In this document: one piece after another, positions 10,615 through 20,742 of the stretch
Numbering within the stretch: the stretch's first letter is position 1
How the letters are laid out: every line of letters begins with the position of its first letter
Source of the DNA: an uncultured Neisseriales bacterium
Lineage (GTDB): Bacteria; Pseudomonadota; Gammaproteobacteria; Burkholderiales; Leeiaceae
Length of the DNA: 34,714 nt
Direction of reading: 5' to 3'
Assembly (NCBI GenBank): GCA_966211475.1
Contig: CBIHQA010000001.1
Span: forward strand, 1 to 34,714
Notes under the pieces: model-generated
What the model saw: the letters and a program-made list of their open reading frames with translations, nothing else
The model's database searches: none
Told to the model about the DNA's origin: nothing
Made by a program: the position numbers and the translations under genes

Positions 10615-10980
10615 ATGGCCCGTATTGCAGGTGTAAATATTCCGAATCATCAGCACGCTGAGATTGCGTTGACTGCGATTTTCGGAATCGGACGGACGCG
10701 TGCGCAGCTGATCTGTGACCGTGCCGGGATTGTGCGCAGCACCAAGATCAAGGAGCTGAGCGACGCTGACTTGGAAAAGCTGCGTGACGAAGTGGCGAAG
10801 TTCACCGTTGAAGGTGACCTGCGTCGCGAAGTGACGATGAGCATCAAGCGTCTGATGGACCTCGGTTGCTACCGTGGCTTGCGCCATCGCCGTGGCCTGC
10901 CGGTGCGCGGTCAGCGTACCCGCACCAATGCGCGTACCCGTAAGGGCCCGCGTAAGGTCGTCGCCGGCAAGAAGAAGTAA
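10615..10980 (+). CDS. rpsM: 30S ribosomal protein S13
   Basis: [28 protein letters not shown]. Confidence 0.99.
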   Translation: MARIAGVNIPNHQHAEIALTAIFGIGRTRAQLICDRAGIVRSTKIKELSDADLEKLRDEVAKFTVEGDLRREVTMSIKRLMDLGCYRGLRHRRGLPVRGQRTRTNARTRKGPRKVVAGKKK

Positions 10981-11005
10981 GCCAACAAAAGGTTAAGGAT
11001 TTCTC

Positions 11006-11398
11006 ATGGCTAAGGCTACTGCTGCGCGCGTTCGCAAGAAGATCAAGAAGAGTGTGTCCGAGGGCATCGTCCACGTGCACGCTTCGTTCAACAACACCAT
11101 CATCACCATTACCGATCGCCAGGGCAACGCGCTGTCCTGGGCGACCGCGGGTGGCGCCGGCTTCAAGGGCTCCCGCAAGAGCACGCCGTTTGCTGCTCAG
11201 GTTGCTGCCGAGCACGCCGGTAAGGTGGCGCTGGAATACGGTGTGAAGAACCTGGAAGTTCGCATCAAGGGCCCTGGCCCGGGTCGCGAATCTGCCGTTC
11301 GTGCGCTCAATGCGCTCGGGTTCAAAATCACCAGCATCTCCGACGTGACGCCCGTGCCGCACAACGGCTGCCGTCCGCCGAAGAAGCGTCGTATTTAA
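11006..11398 (+). CDS. rpsK: 30S ribosomal protein S11
   Basis: [27 protein letters not shown]. Confidence 0.99.
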   Translation: MAKATAARVRKKIKKSVSEGIVHVHASFNNTIITITDRQGNALSWATAGGAGFKGSRKSTPFAAQVAAEHAGKVALEYGVKNLEVRIKGPGPGRESAVRALNALGFKITSISDVTPVPHNGCRPPKKRRI

Positions 11399-11413
11399 GA
11401 CTGGAGAAGATTC

Positions 11414-12034
11414 GTGGCTAGGTATATTGGTCCGAAGTGCAAACTCGCGCGTCGCGAAGGCACTGATCTGTTCCTGAAGAGTGCCCGTCGTTCGATCGAC
11501 TCCAAGTGCAAGATCGATGTGGCCCCGGGTCAGCATGGCGCGAAGAACGCCCGTCTGTCCGACTTCGGTTCGCAACTGCGTGAAAAGCAAAAGATTCGCC
11601 GTATCTACGGCGTGCTGGAGCGTCAGTTCCGTCGCTACTTCGAAGAAGCGGCTCGTCGCAAGGGTTCTACTGGCGAAAACCTGCTGAAGATCCTGGAATC
11701 CCGTCTGGATAACGTGGTCTACCGCATGGGCTTCGGCTCCACCCGCGCCGAAGGCCGTCAGCTGGTCAGCCACAAGGCGATCCTGGTGAATGGTCAGATC
11801 GTGAACATTGCGTCTTACCAGGTCAAGGCCGGTGACGTGGTGTCGGTGCGTGAGAAGTCGCGCACCCAGACCCGTATTCAGGAAGCCCTGTCGCTCGCCG
11901 AGAACATCGGTCTGCCGTCGTGGGTGTCGGTTGACGCCAAGAAGTTCGAAGGCGTGTTCAAGGCCGCCCCGGAGCGTGCTGAACTGTCGAGCGACATCAA
12001 CGAACAGCTGGTTGTCGAATACTACTCCAAGTAA
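11414..12034 (+). CDS. rpsD: 30S ribosomal protein S4
   Basis: GTG start after [25 protein letters not shown]. Confidence 0.99.
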   Translation: MARYIGPKCKLARREGTDLFLKSARRSIDSKCKIDVAPGQHGAKNARLSDFGSQLREKQKIRRIYGVLERQFRRYFEEAARRKGSTGENLLKILESRLDNVVYRMGFGSTRAEGRQLVSHKAILVNGQIVNIASYQVKAGDVVSVREKSRTQTRIQEALSLAENIGLPSWVSVDAKKFEGVFKAAPERAELSSDINEQLVVEYYSK

Positions 12035-12061
12035 TCGGCCGCCCGAGACTGGGAAGCGAGT

Positions 12062-13045
12062 ATGCAAAGCAGTGCACATGACTTTCTGAAGCCGCGCGTG
12101 ATCGAGGTCGAGAACCTGACCCCCGATCACGCTCGCGTGGTGATGGAGCCGTTTGAACGCGGCTACGGCCATACCCTGGGTAACGCGCTGCGTCGTATCC
12201 TGCTGTCCTCGATGCCCGGCTACGCGGTGACCGAGGTCAAGATCGACGGCGTGGTCCACGAGTACTCCACGCTGGACGGCGTGCAGGAAGACGTGGTCGA
12301 CATCCTGTTGAACCTGAAGGGTGTGGTGTTCAAGCTGCACGGCCGTAATTCGGTCGTGCTGACCTTGAAGAAGGAAGGGCAGGGTCCGGTGGTGGCTGGT
12401 GATATCCAGCTCAGCCATGATGTGGAAATCATCAATCCGGATCACGTGATCGCCAACCTCGCACCCAACGGCAAGCTGTCGATGGAAGTGCGTGTCGAAA
12501 GCGGTCGCGGTTACCAGCCGTCGCAGGTTCGTGCCAAGGCCGACGAAGGTCGCGCCCTGGGCAGCCTGCTGCTGGATGCGTCGTTCAGCCCGATTCGTCG
12601 CGTTAGCTACGCTGTTGAGAGCGCCCGTGTGGAACAGCGCACCGACCTCGACAAGCTGGTGATGGACATCGAAACGAACGGTGCGATCGATCCGGAGGAG
12701 TCGGTGCGCTACGCCGCCCGCGTGCTGATGGATCAGCTGTCGGTGTTCGCCGATCTGGAAGGTACTGCTGCCGAAGAAGTGGCGCCGGAAGCGCCGCAAT
12801 TCGACCCGATCCTGTTGCGTCCGGTGGACGATCTGGAATTGACGGTCCGTTCGGCCAACTGCCTGAAGGCGGAAAACATCTATTACATCGGCGATCTGAT
12901 TCAGCGCACCGAGACCGAGTTGCTGAAGACCCCGAACTTGGGTCGCAAGTCCTTGAATGAAATCAAGGAAGTGCTGGCCTCGAAGGGTCTGGTGCTGGGC
13001 GTCAAGCTGGAAAACTGGCCGCCGGCGAATCTGGAAAAAGCGTAA
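12062..13045 (+). CDS. rpoA: RNA polymerase subunit alpha
   Basis: [35 protein letters not shown]. Confidence 0.99.
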   Translation: MQSSAHDFLKPRVIEVENLTPDHARVVMEPFERGYGHTLGNALRRILLSSMPGYAVTEVKIDGVVHEYSTLDGVQEDVVDILLNLKGVVFKLHGRNSVVLTLKKEGQGPVVAGDIQLSHDVEIINPDHVIANLAPNGKLSMEVRVESGRGYQPSQVRAKADEGRALGSLLLDASFSPIRRVSYAVESARVEQRTDLDKLVMDIETNGAIDPEESVRYAARVLMDQLSVFADLEGTAAEEVAPEAPQFDPILLRPVDDLELTVRSANCLKAENIYYIGDLIQRTETELLKTPNLGRKSLNEIKEVLASKGLVLGVKLENWPPANLEKA

Positions 13046-13058
13046 TAAAGGTTGAATC

Positions 13059-13454
13059 ATGCGTCATCGTAATGGCAATCGGAAACTGAACCGGACCTCC
13101 AGCCATCGTCAGGCGCTGCTTCGCAACCTGGCCAATGCCCTGCTGAAGCACGAAGTCATCAAGACCACGCTGCCGAAGGCGAAGGAATTGCGCCGCGTTG
13201 CTGAGCCGCTGATCACGTTGGGTAAGAAGCCCTCGCTGGCCAACCGCCGTCTGGCGTTTGCCCGCACCCGTGATCGTGACATCGTCGGCAAGCTGTTCGA
13301 CGAGCTGGGCCCGCGCTACGCCAACCGTAATGGTGGCTATCTGCGTATCCTGAAGTTCGGCTTCCGCCAGGGCGACAATGCGCCGATGGCGCTGGTCGAG
13401 CTGGTGGACCGTCCGGAACTGTCGGAAGTCCCGGCTGAGGAAGCCCAGGCTTAA
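13059..13454 (+). CDS. rplQ: 50S ribosomal protein L17
   Basis: [32 protein letters not shown]. Confidence 0.99.
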   Translation: MRHRNGNRKLNRTSSHRQALLRNLANALLKHEVIKTTLPKAKELRRVAEPLITLGKKPSLANRRLAFARTRDRDIVGKLFDELGPRYANRNGGYLRILKFGFRQGDNAPMALVELVDRPELSEVPAEEAQA

Positions 13455-13476
13455 TCGCCCGAGCGTCTTCGTCTCC

Positions 13477-13514
13477 AACAAACAGGCCCCGAATTCGGGG
13501 CCTGTTTGTTTTTG
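13477..13514. terminator. bidirectional intrinsic terminator
   Basis: Perfect 34-bp palindrome AACAAACAGGCCCCGAATTCGGGGCCTGTTTGTT (13477-13510) plus a T-run, between convergent rplQ and the MBL gene. Confidence 0.9.
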
Positions 13515-13572
13515 CGTTGTGCCGAACTGAAGCCTGTCGAATTGTGGCTCGGGGATGGTGGGGCGGAAGGTG

Positions 13573-14370
13573 TTACGCCGGGAGACCTTCCTTGAGCGGC
13601 ACTGGGTCTTGGTAGTTGTCTTGGGACATCAGATCGATGCCGCAGGGGAGCGATTCTGCCCAGTCGAGGAAGTCTGCGATCGCTTTGGCGCCATAGATCG
13701 GGCGGCCGTGCTGCGGGACCAGCCATTCGAGATCAAGCTTGCGGACCATGGCGACCCAGTAGCGCAGTACCTTGTTGCTGACCATCAGGCGCTGATGAAA
13801 GGATTTCATTAGCGGGATGTGTTTACTGATATCGGCCACTGGCAATACGGCTTGTTCGTGGAGAACGATGGAGGCGGCCATGTCCCCCGAGAACAGGATT
13901 TTTGCTTCCGGATCGTAGAAGTGGAAGTTGCCTTCGGCGTGCAGGAAGTGGGCTGGTAGGGCAATCAATCTGCGGCGGCCCAAGCGAATTTCCATTCCGG
14001 CGTCGGGAATGCCGACAATGCGTCCGGTGGTGCTGCCAATGCCGCACAGGTGCGGTACGAAGCGGGACCAGAGCGCCGAGATGTAGACTTTGCATTCCGA
14101 GTGGACCAGCCATTTGTTCACCGAGGTGATGATGTCCGGATCCGCATGTGAAGCGAGAACGTAATCGAGCTTGGCGGGCGTGAAGTGACCATGCATGGCG
14201 ACGCGCAATGCGTTGTAGGTCATATTGCCGCCGGGGTCGATCAGGGCTCCGTGGCCGTCGCTGACGATCAGGAATTGGTTGGACTGGATGGTCTGGTCCT
14301 CGTGGTCGTCCACAAGGTCGCTGAACATCAGGCAGAGGTGCCCGTCCTGGTTGAATAGCTCGAACGCCAT
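13573..14370 (-). CDS. stand-alone di-iron metallo-beta-lactamase-fold protein (ODP / FprA N-terminal-like)
   Basis: NQFLI..IDPGG; SHADPD; HFLHAEGNF; FSGD; PQHG; no flavodoxin domain; ATG at 14370 preceded by GGAGA (265 aa). Confidence 0.85.
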   Translation of the reverse strand: MAFELFNQDGHLCLMFSDLVDDHEDQTIQSNQFLIVSDGHGALIDPGGNMTYNALRVAMHGHFTPAKLDYVLASHADPDIITSVNKWLVHSECKVYISALWSRFVPHLCGIGSTTGRIVGIPDAGMEIRLGRRRLIALPAHFLHAEGNFHFYDPEAKILFSGDMAASIVLHEQAVLPVADISKHIPLMKSFHQRLMVSNKVLRYWVAMVRKLDLEWLVPQHGRPIYGAKAIADFLDWAESLPCGIDLMSQDNYQDPVPLKEGLPA

Positions 14371-14421
14371 GGCGTTTCTCCCGATAAAGCGGAAGTACAG
14401 CATGACGATGCCAATTGCGTT

Positions 14422-14435
14422 TAGACCTGCGTCAA
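14422..14435. promoter_or_regulatory. FNR/CRP-family-like box
   Basis: Minus strand TTGAC-GCAG-GTCTA, one mismatch to TTGAY-N4-RTCAA, about 58 nt upstream of the MBL gene start. Confidence 0.5.
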
Positions 14436-14455
14436 GGTTGGGATGATCCGTTACG

Positions 14456-15358
14456 TCAGTTTGAGCGGGGTAGCATCGGCCACCAGGTGGCGGCTGGCGG
14501 GACGCCGTACCATTCCCATTCTTTTGCGGCACTGAGCGTTACGCGACGCAGGTGCTCCATGACGGTGGGGGCAGACAGGGCCAGCAGTTGCTGGATGGCC
14601 GCATAGTCATCGGGAAGTGCCGCGTCGTACCAGCCGTTGGCGGAATGGCGTGACAAGGCGACGGCCAGCATGACGTTTTGTACGCGGGGGGTGTCGGCGC
14701 GGCTGTCGTCCATCAGTTGGCGCAGGATCGCTGGCAGGTGCCAGGTGGCGACCAGTTCACGCTGCAGGTTTAGTAAGGGGAAGCCCAGCACTTTGGTTTG
14801 GGCCGTTACGGAGCGCAGGCCTGGCTGGGCGGCCATCATTTGCCGGATACGCAGTACCACGGTCGGGGCGCACACCCAGAGCAGCATTTCGGCGAGATCA
14901 TGTAACAGGGCGCCAATCAGTACTTCGTCGGATTCGATATCGTGGCGCAGTTGCGACCAATCCTGCGCGTAGAGTGCGGCGTGACGAGCCCGGCTGACGA
15001 CGCGGAGTAGGCCGTTGAGCGCCGCCGGGTGCCCAGCCAATACATCTTCCACGGCCTCCAGCCGATCGAATTGACGGAAGAACGGTGAGATACCCAGCAT
15101 CATCAGGGCGTGGGAAATCGTGGTGACTTCCGTCTGTTGCTTGGCGCCGGGGTGTTCCTGCAGGTATCGCAGTACGCGTAGCGTCATGAACGGATCGTGC
15201 AGGACAACGCGCGATACGTCGCGGCCGGTGATGCGGTCTTCGTTCTGTTTCAGCTTGGCCAGTTCCTGCCGGGTTCGATTCAGAACGGGCAGTTCGAGTC
15301 GGCCCAGGTGATCGAGCCAATCGGGTAGGCTGGATAGCGGTTCGGTCAGCATTGTCAT
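14456..15358 (-). CDS. HDOD domain protein
   Basis: LPVL...VLHDPFMTLRVLR...TISHALMMLG...LLHDLAE...WHLP pattern. Confidence 0.85.
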   Translation of the reverse strand: MTMLTEPLSSLPDWLDHLGRLELPVLNRTRQELAKLKQNEDRITGRDVSRVVLHDPFMTLRVLRYLQEHPGAKQQTEVTTISHALMMLGISPFFRQFDRLEAVEDVLAGHPAALNGLLRVVSRARHAALYAQDWSQLRHDIESDEVLIGALLHDLAEMLLWVCAPTVVLRIRQMMAAQPGLRSVTAQTKVLGFPLLNLQRELVATWHLPAILRQLMDDSRADTPRVQNVMLAVALSRHSANGWYDAALPDDYAAIQQLLALSAPTVMEHLRRVTLSAAKEWEWYGVPPAATWWPMLPRSN

Positions 15359-15422
15359 GAAAACGGGATCCGGATACCGCCAGTGTAGCCTGAGATGCGG
15401 CGTTGCGATGCGCTGGAACTGT

Positions 15423-16397
15423 CTACAGGGTCAGAACGAGCTTGCCGACGTAGTCATGGGCGAGCATCAGATCGTGTGCTTTGCCGGCTTCGCCGAGCGG
15501 GATGCGGGCGTGGATCACGGGACGGATTGTCCTTGCAGCAAGCAAGGGCCAGATTCGCTTGCGTAGCGCTGCAGCGATCCGGGCCTTGTCTTCGACGGGG
15601 CGCGACCGCAGGGTTGATCCGATCAGCCGGGCTCGTTTTGCGAGAAGCTGGGCCAGGTCGATCTGACTGTGGCGGCCAGCCTGGAAGGCGATGAGCAGGA
15701 TGCGACCGTCGGTGTTGAGGAGTTGCAGATTGCGGGCGGTGGTTTCGCCGCCGACCATGTCGAGAATGACATCGATACCCTGCCCATTCCGGAGCTGGCG
15801 TAGCTTGGCGACGAAGTCTTCCGTCTTGTAGTTGATGGCTGCTGTCGCGCCCAGGCCTTGGCAGGTATCGCATTTGTCAGCATTCCCCGCTGTGGCGTAG
15901 ACCATGTGACCAAGCGCGGACAGCATCTGGATGGCGTAGACGCCGATTCCGCTCGCTCCTCCATGGATCAAGACGCTGTCGGTCGGCCTGATTGCGGCCT
16001 GCTCGACGAAGTTGCTCCAGATCGTGAATGTTGCCTCTGGGAGCGAAGCGGCTTCGGCGTCGTCCCAGCGGTCGGGGATGGGCAGGCAGCAGGATGCGGG
16101 GGCCACCGCATATTCTGCGTAACCTCCACCCGACAGCAATGCACATACGCGGTCACCGGCGTGCCAGGGAGCGGCATCGGAGCCGGCCTCGACGATCTCG
16201 CCGGCTACCTCCAGTCCGAGTATGGGCGAGGCGCCCTGCGGGACGGGATAGTGCCCCTGCCGTTGCAGCCAATCCAGCCGGTTCACGCCAGCGGCGCGCA
16301 CCCGGATCAGGAGTTCACCCTTACCTGGCGTTGGGCGTGGGGCTGTCTGCAGCAGCAAGCTGCGGGAGGCGTCGTCCTGTACTGCGATGGCTTGCAT
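15423..16397 (-). CDS. NAD(P)H-quinone oxidoreductase (PIG3/zeta-crystallin MDR family)
   Basis: AAGVNRLD; ILGLEVAGEI; GGGYAEY; HGGASGIG; ATG at 16397 preceded by GGAGA. Confidence 0.9.
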   Translation of the reverse strand: MQAIAVQDDASRSLLLQTAPRPTPGKGELLIRVRAAGVNRLDWLQRQGHYPVPQGASPILGLEVAGEIVEAGSDAAPWHAGDRVCALLSGGGYAEYAVAPASCCLPIPDRWDDAEAASLPEATFTIWSNFVEQAAIRPTDSVLIHGGASGIGVYAIQMLSALGHMVYATAGNADKCDTCQGLGATAAINYKTEDFVAKLRQLRNGQGIDVILDMVGGETTARNLQLLNTDGRILLIAFQAGRHSQIDLAQLLAKRARLIGSTLRSRPVEDKARIAAALRKRIWPLLAARTIRPVIHARIPLGEAGKAHDLMLAHDYVGKLVLTL

Positions 16398-16566
16398 GTG
16401 GCGTCTCCGAAATGAGGCGTGGAGCGACTGGCCGAGAAACAAGGCAGAGTGTGATGACATCCCGGATTGAAGACGAGCGGCCGGCGTCCTTTTGGAGGAT
16501 GTGGCTACGTACCGGGCGGCTGCAATCCGGGTTTACCTGCTACGGATCTTTAACGAGACCTGCAGT

Positions 16567-17043
16567 TTAGCGAGACGGTTCCGCCGCGTCAGCGGGGTAG
16601 GGGAAGGCGGCATAGTCGCCGCGATAGCGGAGCACTTGTGTATCGCCGCTCCAGACTTCGGCCTGGAGGGAGAGCCGGCCGCGTCCTTTTCGCTTCAGTG
16701 CATCCTGAAAAGCCGCCAATGCGGCGGTGTCCGGTGCGGGGCAGATGATCCGGAGGTCGGCGAGGCCGGGGCGCAGATAGTCGAGTTCGCTGTGCGCCAC
16801 GGCTGCCGCGTAGCGTTGACCGGTTTCTGCGGCGAGCAGTGACGTCATGATCCAGCCGGAGAGCGTGGCCAGGGTGGCCTGACTGCCGGCGAAGGCCGTG
16901 CCCTTGTCGTTGCGATTGGGCGAAAAGGGGGCCCGTAGTTCGACAAGCGCGGGATCTGCGCGGACCACTTCCATCTGGACTGCGCGCAGCAGGGGAATGT
17001 CGGCCAGCGCGTCGGCCAGCCAGTCAGGCTGGCCGGGGCTCAC
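16567..17043 (-). CDS. YiiD C-terminal-like hotdog-fold thioesterase
   Basis: IPL..MEV...[13 protein letters not shown]...LSGW; GTGA overlap with the helicase stop. Confidence 0.75.
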   Translation of the reverse strand: MSPGQPDWLADALADIPLLRAVQMEVVRADPALVELRAPFSPNRNDKGTAFAGSQATLATLSGWIMTSLLAAETGQRYAAAVAHSELDYLRPGLADLRIICPAPDTAALAAFQDALKRKGRGRLSLQAEVWSGDTQVLRYRGDYAAFPYPADAAEPSR

Positions 17044-18350
17044 GCTTCGTTACCGGTTTCCGGAGAGGCTTGTTCGAGCGGACGACGCGGCGGCAGGAAC
17101 AGTGCGGCAATCTGCGGTTCGCGGCGCATGCCGGCCGGTGGCAGGCTGCTTGCGCCACTCGCCAGCAGTGGGCCACGGCTGGGCGCGGGGGCGGCCGCGG
17201 GACGGGGTGGCGACAGCAGGGCTTCCGCGGACTCGGGCGGAATGGCCTGCTTGATAAACTTCTCGATGGCTGCCAGCAGACGGTCTTCGTCCGGGCTTGC
17301 CAGCGAGATGGCCACACCGCTGGCCCCGGCACGCCCGGTCCGCCCGATGCGGTGGACGTAGTCCTCTGCCGACGGGGGCAATTCGTAGTTGATGACGTGC
17401 GGCAGTTCGCTGATGTCCAGGCCACGGGCGGCCACGTCGGTGGCGACCATGATCTGGGCGCGGCCTTCCTTGAAGGCGGCCAACGCTTCCAGACGGGCGC
17501 TTTGCAGCTTGTCGCCGTGAATGGACACAGCGGCCACCTTGTCGCGCACCAGCTGGCGGGCCAGACGTTCTGTGCCTTGCTTGGTGCGGCAGAAGATCAG
17601 CACCTGCTTCATGTCGTGGTGCTTGAGCAGCTTGAGCAGCAGCGGATACTTGCGGCCTTCGTCGACCTTGTACAGCTGCTGGGTGACGGTTTCGGCCGTG
17701 GTGTTGCGCCGTGCGACCTCGATCACCTGCGGATCCTTCAGCAGCTCGTTGGCGAGCGACTTGATCTCGGGTGAGAAGGTGGCGGAGAACAGCACCGTCT
17801 GACGCTGCGTCGGCATCAGACTCATGATGCGCTTGATGTCGAAGATGAAGCCCATGTCCAGCATACGGTCCGCCTCGTCCAGCACCAGGAATTCGACCTG
17901 GTTCAGGTGGAGGTTCTTTTGCTGGATGTGGTCGAGCAGACGCCCCGGGGTAGCGACGAGGATTTCCGTGCCGGCGCGCAAGGCGGCGGTCTGAGGATCC
18001 ATGGCGACGCCGCCAAAGACGACGGTGGAACGTAGCGGCAGGTATTTGCCGTAGGCCTGGACGTTCTGGAAGACCTGGTCGGCGAGTTCCCGCGTCGGCG
18101 TCAGGATCACCGCGCGCACCGGATGGCGGGCGGGTGAGGGGCTGGTGTTGCCGTAGGGGCGCAGCCGGTTGAGCATCGGCAGCGTGAAGGCCGCCGTCTT
18201 GCCGGTGCCTGTTTGCGCCGCAGCCAACAGGTCGCGGCCGGCCATGACCGCGGGAATCGCTGCGGCCTGGATGGGAGTGGGCGATTCGTAACCCTGGTCG
18301 GCAATTGCCCGCAGGATTTCTTCGCTTAAGCCAAGTTCGGTAAAGTGCAT
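17040..18350 (-). CDS. rhlE: DEAD-box RNA helicase, RhlE-like
   Basis: Q motif, [34 protein letters not shown]; likely start MHFTELGL. Confidence 0.85.
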   Translation of the reverse strand: MHFTELGLSEEILRAIADQGYESPTPIQAAAIPAVMAGRDLLAAAQTGTGKTAAFTLPMLNRLRPYGNTSPSPARHPVRAVILTPTRELADQVFQNVQAYGKYLPLRSTVVFGGVAMDPQTAALRAGTEILVATPGRLLDHIQQKNLHLNQVEFLVLDEADRMLDMGFIFDIKRIMSLMPTQRQTVLFSATFSPEIKSLANELLKDPQVIEVARRNTTAETVTQQLYKVDEGRKYPLLLKLLKHHDMKQVLIFCRTKQGTERLARQLVRDKVAAVSIHGDKLQSARLEALAAFKEGRAQIMVATDVAARGLDISELPHVINYELPPSAEDYVHRIGRTGRAGASGVAISLASPDEDRLLAAIEKFIKQAIPPESAEALLSPPRPAAAPAPSRGPLLASGASSLPPAGMRREPQIAALFLPPRRPLEQASPETGNEA

Positions 18351-18462
18351 GCTGGGCGGCATTGTAGCGCAGGCGCAACATGCACGGCCAGCCGCGCGTC
18401 GTGCCGGACTGCTGCGGTGCGGCATTCGCGCGACAACTGCTCGTTCTTTGTGGGTCGAAGGG

Positions 18463-18492
18463 CTGCGGCGGACGTGTTTCGGCCCGCCGCAG
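18463..18492 (-). terminator. hairpin immediately downstream of relA
   Basis: CTGCGGCGG (18463-18471) / CCGCCGCAG (18484-18492); no clear U-tract. Confidence 0.4.
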
Positions 18493-18494
18493 GG

Positions 18495-20723
18495 TTAGCT
18501 GTCGCGGCGTTTGACGCTGGTGACGCCCGGTACGCTGGCGATCTGGGCGATCACATGTCGCAGCTGCCCAAGATCTTCGATCTCGATGGTGAACTTGAGC
18601 AGGGCCAGACCGTTGCGGGATAGCGTGTTGGCGGCGGTAATGTGCGTCTTGTCGCGGGACAGTGCCTCCGATACGTCGCGCAGCAGGGCCGGACGGTCTT
18701 GCGCTTCCACCGTGATGTCTACCGGGAAGCGGCCTTCGCGGATATTGCCCCAGGCAGCGGCGATCAGCCGTTCCGGATCGCGGGCGGCGAGCCGGGTGAG
18801 GGCCTTGCAGTTCCGGCGATGGATAGAGATGCCGCGGCCGCGGGTGACGAAGCCGACCACGTCGTCGCCGAGTGCGGGCTTGCAGCACTTGGCGAGGATG
18901 GTCATCAGGTTGTCGACGCCCTCGATCAGGATGCCCTGGGCGTGCTCGCCGGCACGGCTCTGTCGTACCAGATCCGCTGCGTTGACCGGGGTTTCCGGCT
19001 GCATGTCGGCGGCTGGGGCACCGACCATGGCTTCTCCCAGTTGCTTCGGGCCGATCTCGCCGCGACCCACTGCCGCGAACATGTCGTCTGGCCGCTTGCA
19101 ATGCAAGCGCTCAGCGACTTCCTCCAGGTCGATGTGCGGCAGGTGCAGCTTGGCGCGCACCTTGTCGAATACCTGCTTGCCCTGCTCGATCAGTACATCC
19201 TGATGCTGCTGCTTCAGCCACTGCCGGACTTTGGCAATGGCACGGCTGGACTTCAGGTAGCCGTGGCGCAGCCAGTCGAGGCTGGGGCCGCCTTCTTTGG
19301 CGGTGATGATTTCGACCCGGTCGCCGTTCTGCAGCGCGTAGTCCAGCGGCACGATGTGGCCGTTGACCTTGGCGCCACGGCAGCGGTGGCCGAGGTCGGT
19401 ATGCACGTTGTAGGCGAAGTCGATCGGCGACGCGCCGTAGGGTAGGTCGATGACCCGGCCTTGCGGGGTGAGGACGTAGACGGTGTCCTGGAACAGTTCG
19501 TTCTTGAACTGTTCCGCCATGTCCTGGTCGGCCTCGGCCTGTTCGCCGCCGATTTCGTCGCGCCAGGCGAGCAGTTGGCGCAGCCAGGAGATTTTTTCCT
19601 CGTAGGCGGCGTCCTGTTGGCCGCCTTCCTTGTAGCGCCAGTGCGCGGCGACGCCCATCTCTGCATGCTGGTGCATTTCGAAGGTGCGGATCTGCACCTC
19701 CATCCCTTTGTCTTGCGGGCCGATCACCGCGGTGTGCAGCGAGCGGTAGAAATTGCCCTTGGGATGGGCGATGTAGTCGTCGAACTGGCCGGGGATGGGG
19801 CGCCACAGGTGGTGCACGATGCCGAGCACGGTGTAGCAGTCCTTGACCGAGTCGACCAGGATGCGGACCGCGCGGATGTCGTACAGCTCGTGGAATTCCA
19901 GGCGCTTCTTCTGCATCTTCTTGGCGATGCTGAAGATGTGCTTGGGGCGGCCCATGATGTCGCCCTTGATGCCGGCCTTGGCCAGCTCGCTACGCAGCAC
20001 GTCGAGCACGTGGTCGATGTAAGCCTCGCGTTGCGAGCGCTTTTCGTCGAGCAGGCTGGCGATCTTCTTGTACCGCTCGGCCTCCAGGAAGCGGAAGGAC
20101 AGGTCCTCCAGCTCCCACTTGATCTGCCAGATGCCGAGCCGGTTGGCGAGCGGCGCGAACAGATCCATGGTTTCGCGGGCGATGCGCCGCTGGGTGGCTT
20201 CGTCGGCATGCTTCAGGCCGAACATGGTTTGCGTGCGCCAGGCGAGCTTGACCAGCACGACGCGCACGTCCTCGACCATGGCGAGCATCATCTTGCGCAT
20301 CACCTCGATCTGGCGATGGGCGAGCTTTGGGTCGTCGGTGTGGCCGACGGCGGCCAGCAAGGGGAGCTGACGGACCTTGGACAGGCCATCCAGCAGCCGC
20401 AGCACGTCAGGGCCGAAGTCGGCCAGCGCCTCGTGCCAGTGCGGGAGCTTGTCGGGCGCGGAGAACAGCAGGGTGGCGACCAGTGCGTCGGTGTCGAGCT
20501 TCAGGTCGTCGACCATCATCGCGGTGGCCACCGCATGCTGGAACAGCGGTTGGCAGGTCACCGGATGGGATTGCTCGCCGTACAGAGTCTGGGCGCGCGC
20601 CAAGGCGGCCTGCACCCGCTTGAGGTCTGCTTCCGGTAGGCGTTGGGCGAGGCCGGCCAGCCAGGCGTCGATGTCGGCGGGGGTGGCTTGATACTGGGCC
20701 AGTTGGTGGGCGACGGAAACCAT
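18495..20723 (-). CDS. relA: (p)ppGpp synthetase RelA
   Basis: Degenerate HD domain (LLFSAPD rather than HDxxED); RPKHIFSI; YRSLHT; EVQIRT; AAHWRYK; TGS, CC/ZFD and ACT domains. Confidence 0.93.
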   Translation of the reverse strand: MVSVAHQLAQYQATPADIDAWLAGLAQRLPEADLKRVQAALARAQTLYGEQSHPVTCQPLFQHAVATAMMVDDLKLDTDALVATLLFSAPDKLPHWHEALADFGPDVLRLLDGLSKVRQLPLLAAVGHTDDPKLAHRQIEVMRKMMLAMVEDVRVVLVKLAWRTQTMFGLKHADEATQRRIARETMDLFAPLANRLGIWQIKWELEDLSFRFLEAERYKKIASLLDEKRSQREAYIDHVLDVLRSELAKAGIKGDIMGRPKHIFSIAKKMQKKRLEFHELYDIRAVRILVDSVKDCYTVLGIVHHLWRPIPGQFDDYIAHPKGNFYRSLHTAVIGPQDKGMEVQIRTFEMHQHAEMGVAAHWRYKEGGQQDAAYEEKISWLRQLLAWRDEIGGEQAEADQDMAEQFKNELFQDTVYVLTPQGRVIDLPYGASPIDFAYNVHTDLGHRCRGAKVNGHIVPLDYALQNGDRVEIITAKEGGPSLDWLRHGYLKSSRAIAKVRQWLKQQHQDVLIEQGKQVFDKVRAKLHLPHIDLEEVAERLHCKRPDDMFAAVGRGEIGPKQLGEAMVGAPAADMQPETPVNAADLVRQSRAGEHAQGILIEGVDNLMTILAKCCKPALGDDVVGFVTRGRGISIHRRNCKALTRLAARDPERLIAAAWGNIREGRFPVDITVEAQDRPALLRDVSEALSRDKTHITAANTLSRNGLALLKFTIEIEDLGQLRHVIAQIASVPGVTSVKRRDS

Positions 20724-20742
20724 TGTTGCTCGGTATGCGTGT

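Noticed and set aside
1033..13060. Long antisense ORFs over the ribosomal cluster (445, 615, 485 and 738 aa)
   Set aside because: They mirror highly biased, GC-rich sense genes and show no recognisable motifs; shadow ORFs
17050..19101. 683-aa alternative-frame ORF over relA and rhlE
   Set aside because: Arg/Pro/Gly-rich composition typical of an off-frame reading in GC-rich DNA
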